From: Parcubacteria group bacterium Greene0416_36
Lineage (GTDB): Bacteria > Patescibacteriota > Patescibacteriia > VMEV01
Length of the DNA: 64,000 bases
Direction of reading: 5' to 3'
Assembly (NCBI GenBank): GCA_007375725.1
Contig: VMEV01000007.1
Coordinates: 22,895-86,894 of the forward strand
In this document: in pieces, positions 63,880 to 64,000 of the stretch
Layout: each line of letters begins with the position of its first letter
Numbering within the stretch: the first letter of the stretch is position 1
Program-made: the position numbers and the translations under genes
Notes under the pieces: model-generated
What the model saw: the letters and a program-made list of their open reading frames with translations, nothing else
Database searches by the model: none
What the model was told of the DNA's origin: nothing

Positions 63880-64000
63880 AGATTCAAGGCTCTTCAAAAA
63901 ATTCATTTTGAAGAACACCTTTTTTTCAAAAAATAATATTCCGCAAAAAATAAAGGAAAATCGAACATGCAAATAACGGAACAAACCCCAACAGAAATGG

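Noticed and set aside
1-64000. Alternative genetic code (UGA recoding, as in some CPR lineages)
   Set aside because: Long housekeeping ORFs (valS, ftsH, infB, mutL) are intact under the standard code with TGA used as a stop. tRNA-Gly(GCC) is canonical.

Overview
This is a 64-kb window from an AT-rich, gene-dense bacterial chromosome, almost certainly a small-genome CPR/Patescibacteria-like organism. That lineage call is inference from gene content: lamin-tail-domain, CAP and SH3b surface proteins, many secreted or membrane hypotheticals, sparse metabolism, and three of the four tRNAs lacking an encoded CCA. The standard genetic code fits all long ORFs. The housekeeping backbone includes comM (partial), lspA, dksA, a GT4 glycosyltransferase, nrnA-rbfA-infB, mutL, rpsP, tyrS, valS, rpsA, ftsH, a pilB/gspE ATPase, murA and nadD. 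There are four tRNAs (Gly-GCC, Leu-TAA, Glu-TTC, Ala-GGC) and no rRNA or CRISPR array. Accessory content is unusually rich. First, a candidate cell-wall toxin/immunity pair: an L,D-transpeptidase-fold protein and an overlapping lipoprotein, bounded by 50-nt direct repeats. Second, an 0.83-kb KilA-N gene insertion flanked by 41-bp direct repeats beside tRNA-Leu. Third, an HTH_XRE-MurA fusion preceded by a perfect 28-bp palindrome. Fourth, a Ser/Thr-kinase-headed operon of secreted proteins. Fifth, an NrtR-NadD pair, and two homopolymer frameshifts. The non-coding fraction is also unusual: a family of GC-rich palindromic hairpin repeats (TCCCCCTTTGACAAGGGGGA) including one about 240-nt composite element; two copies of a structured repeat of about 110 nt; and a conserved GC-rich trailer of about 45 nt directly after the three CCA-less tRNAs. 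There is also a family of GTAAGGGC...GCCCTTAC bidirectional terminators, a 1-kb gene-free gap, and a recurring GTTC-N6-GAAC palindromic motif. All coordinates are read by eye from the sequence and may be off by a few nucleotides.
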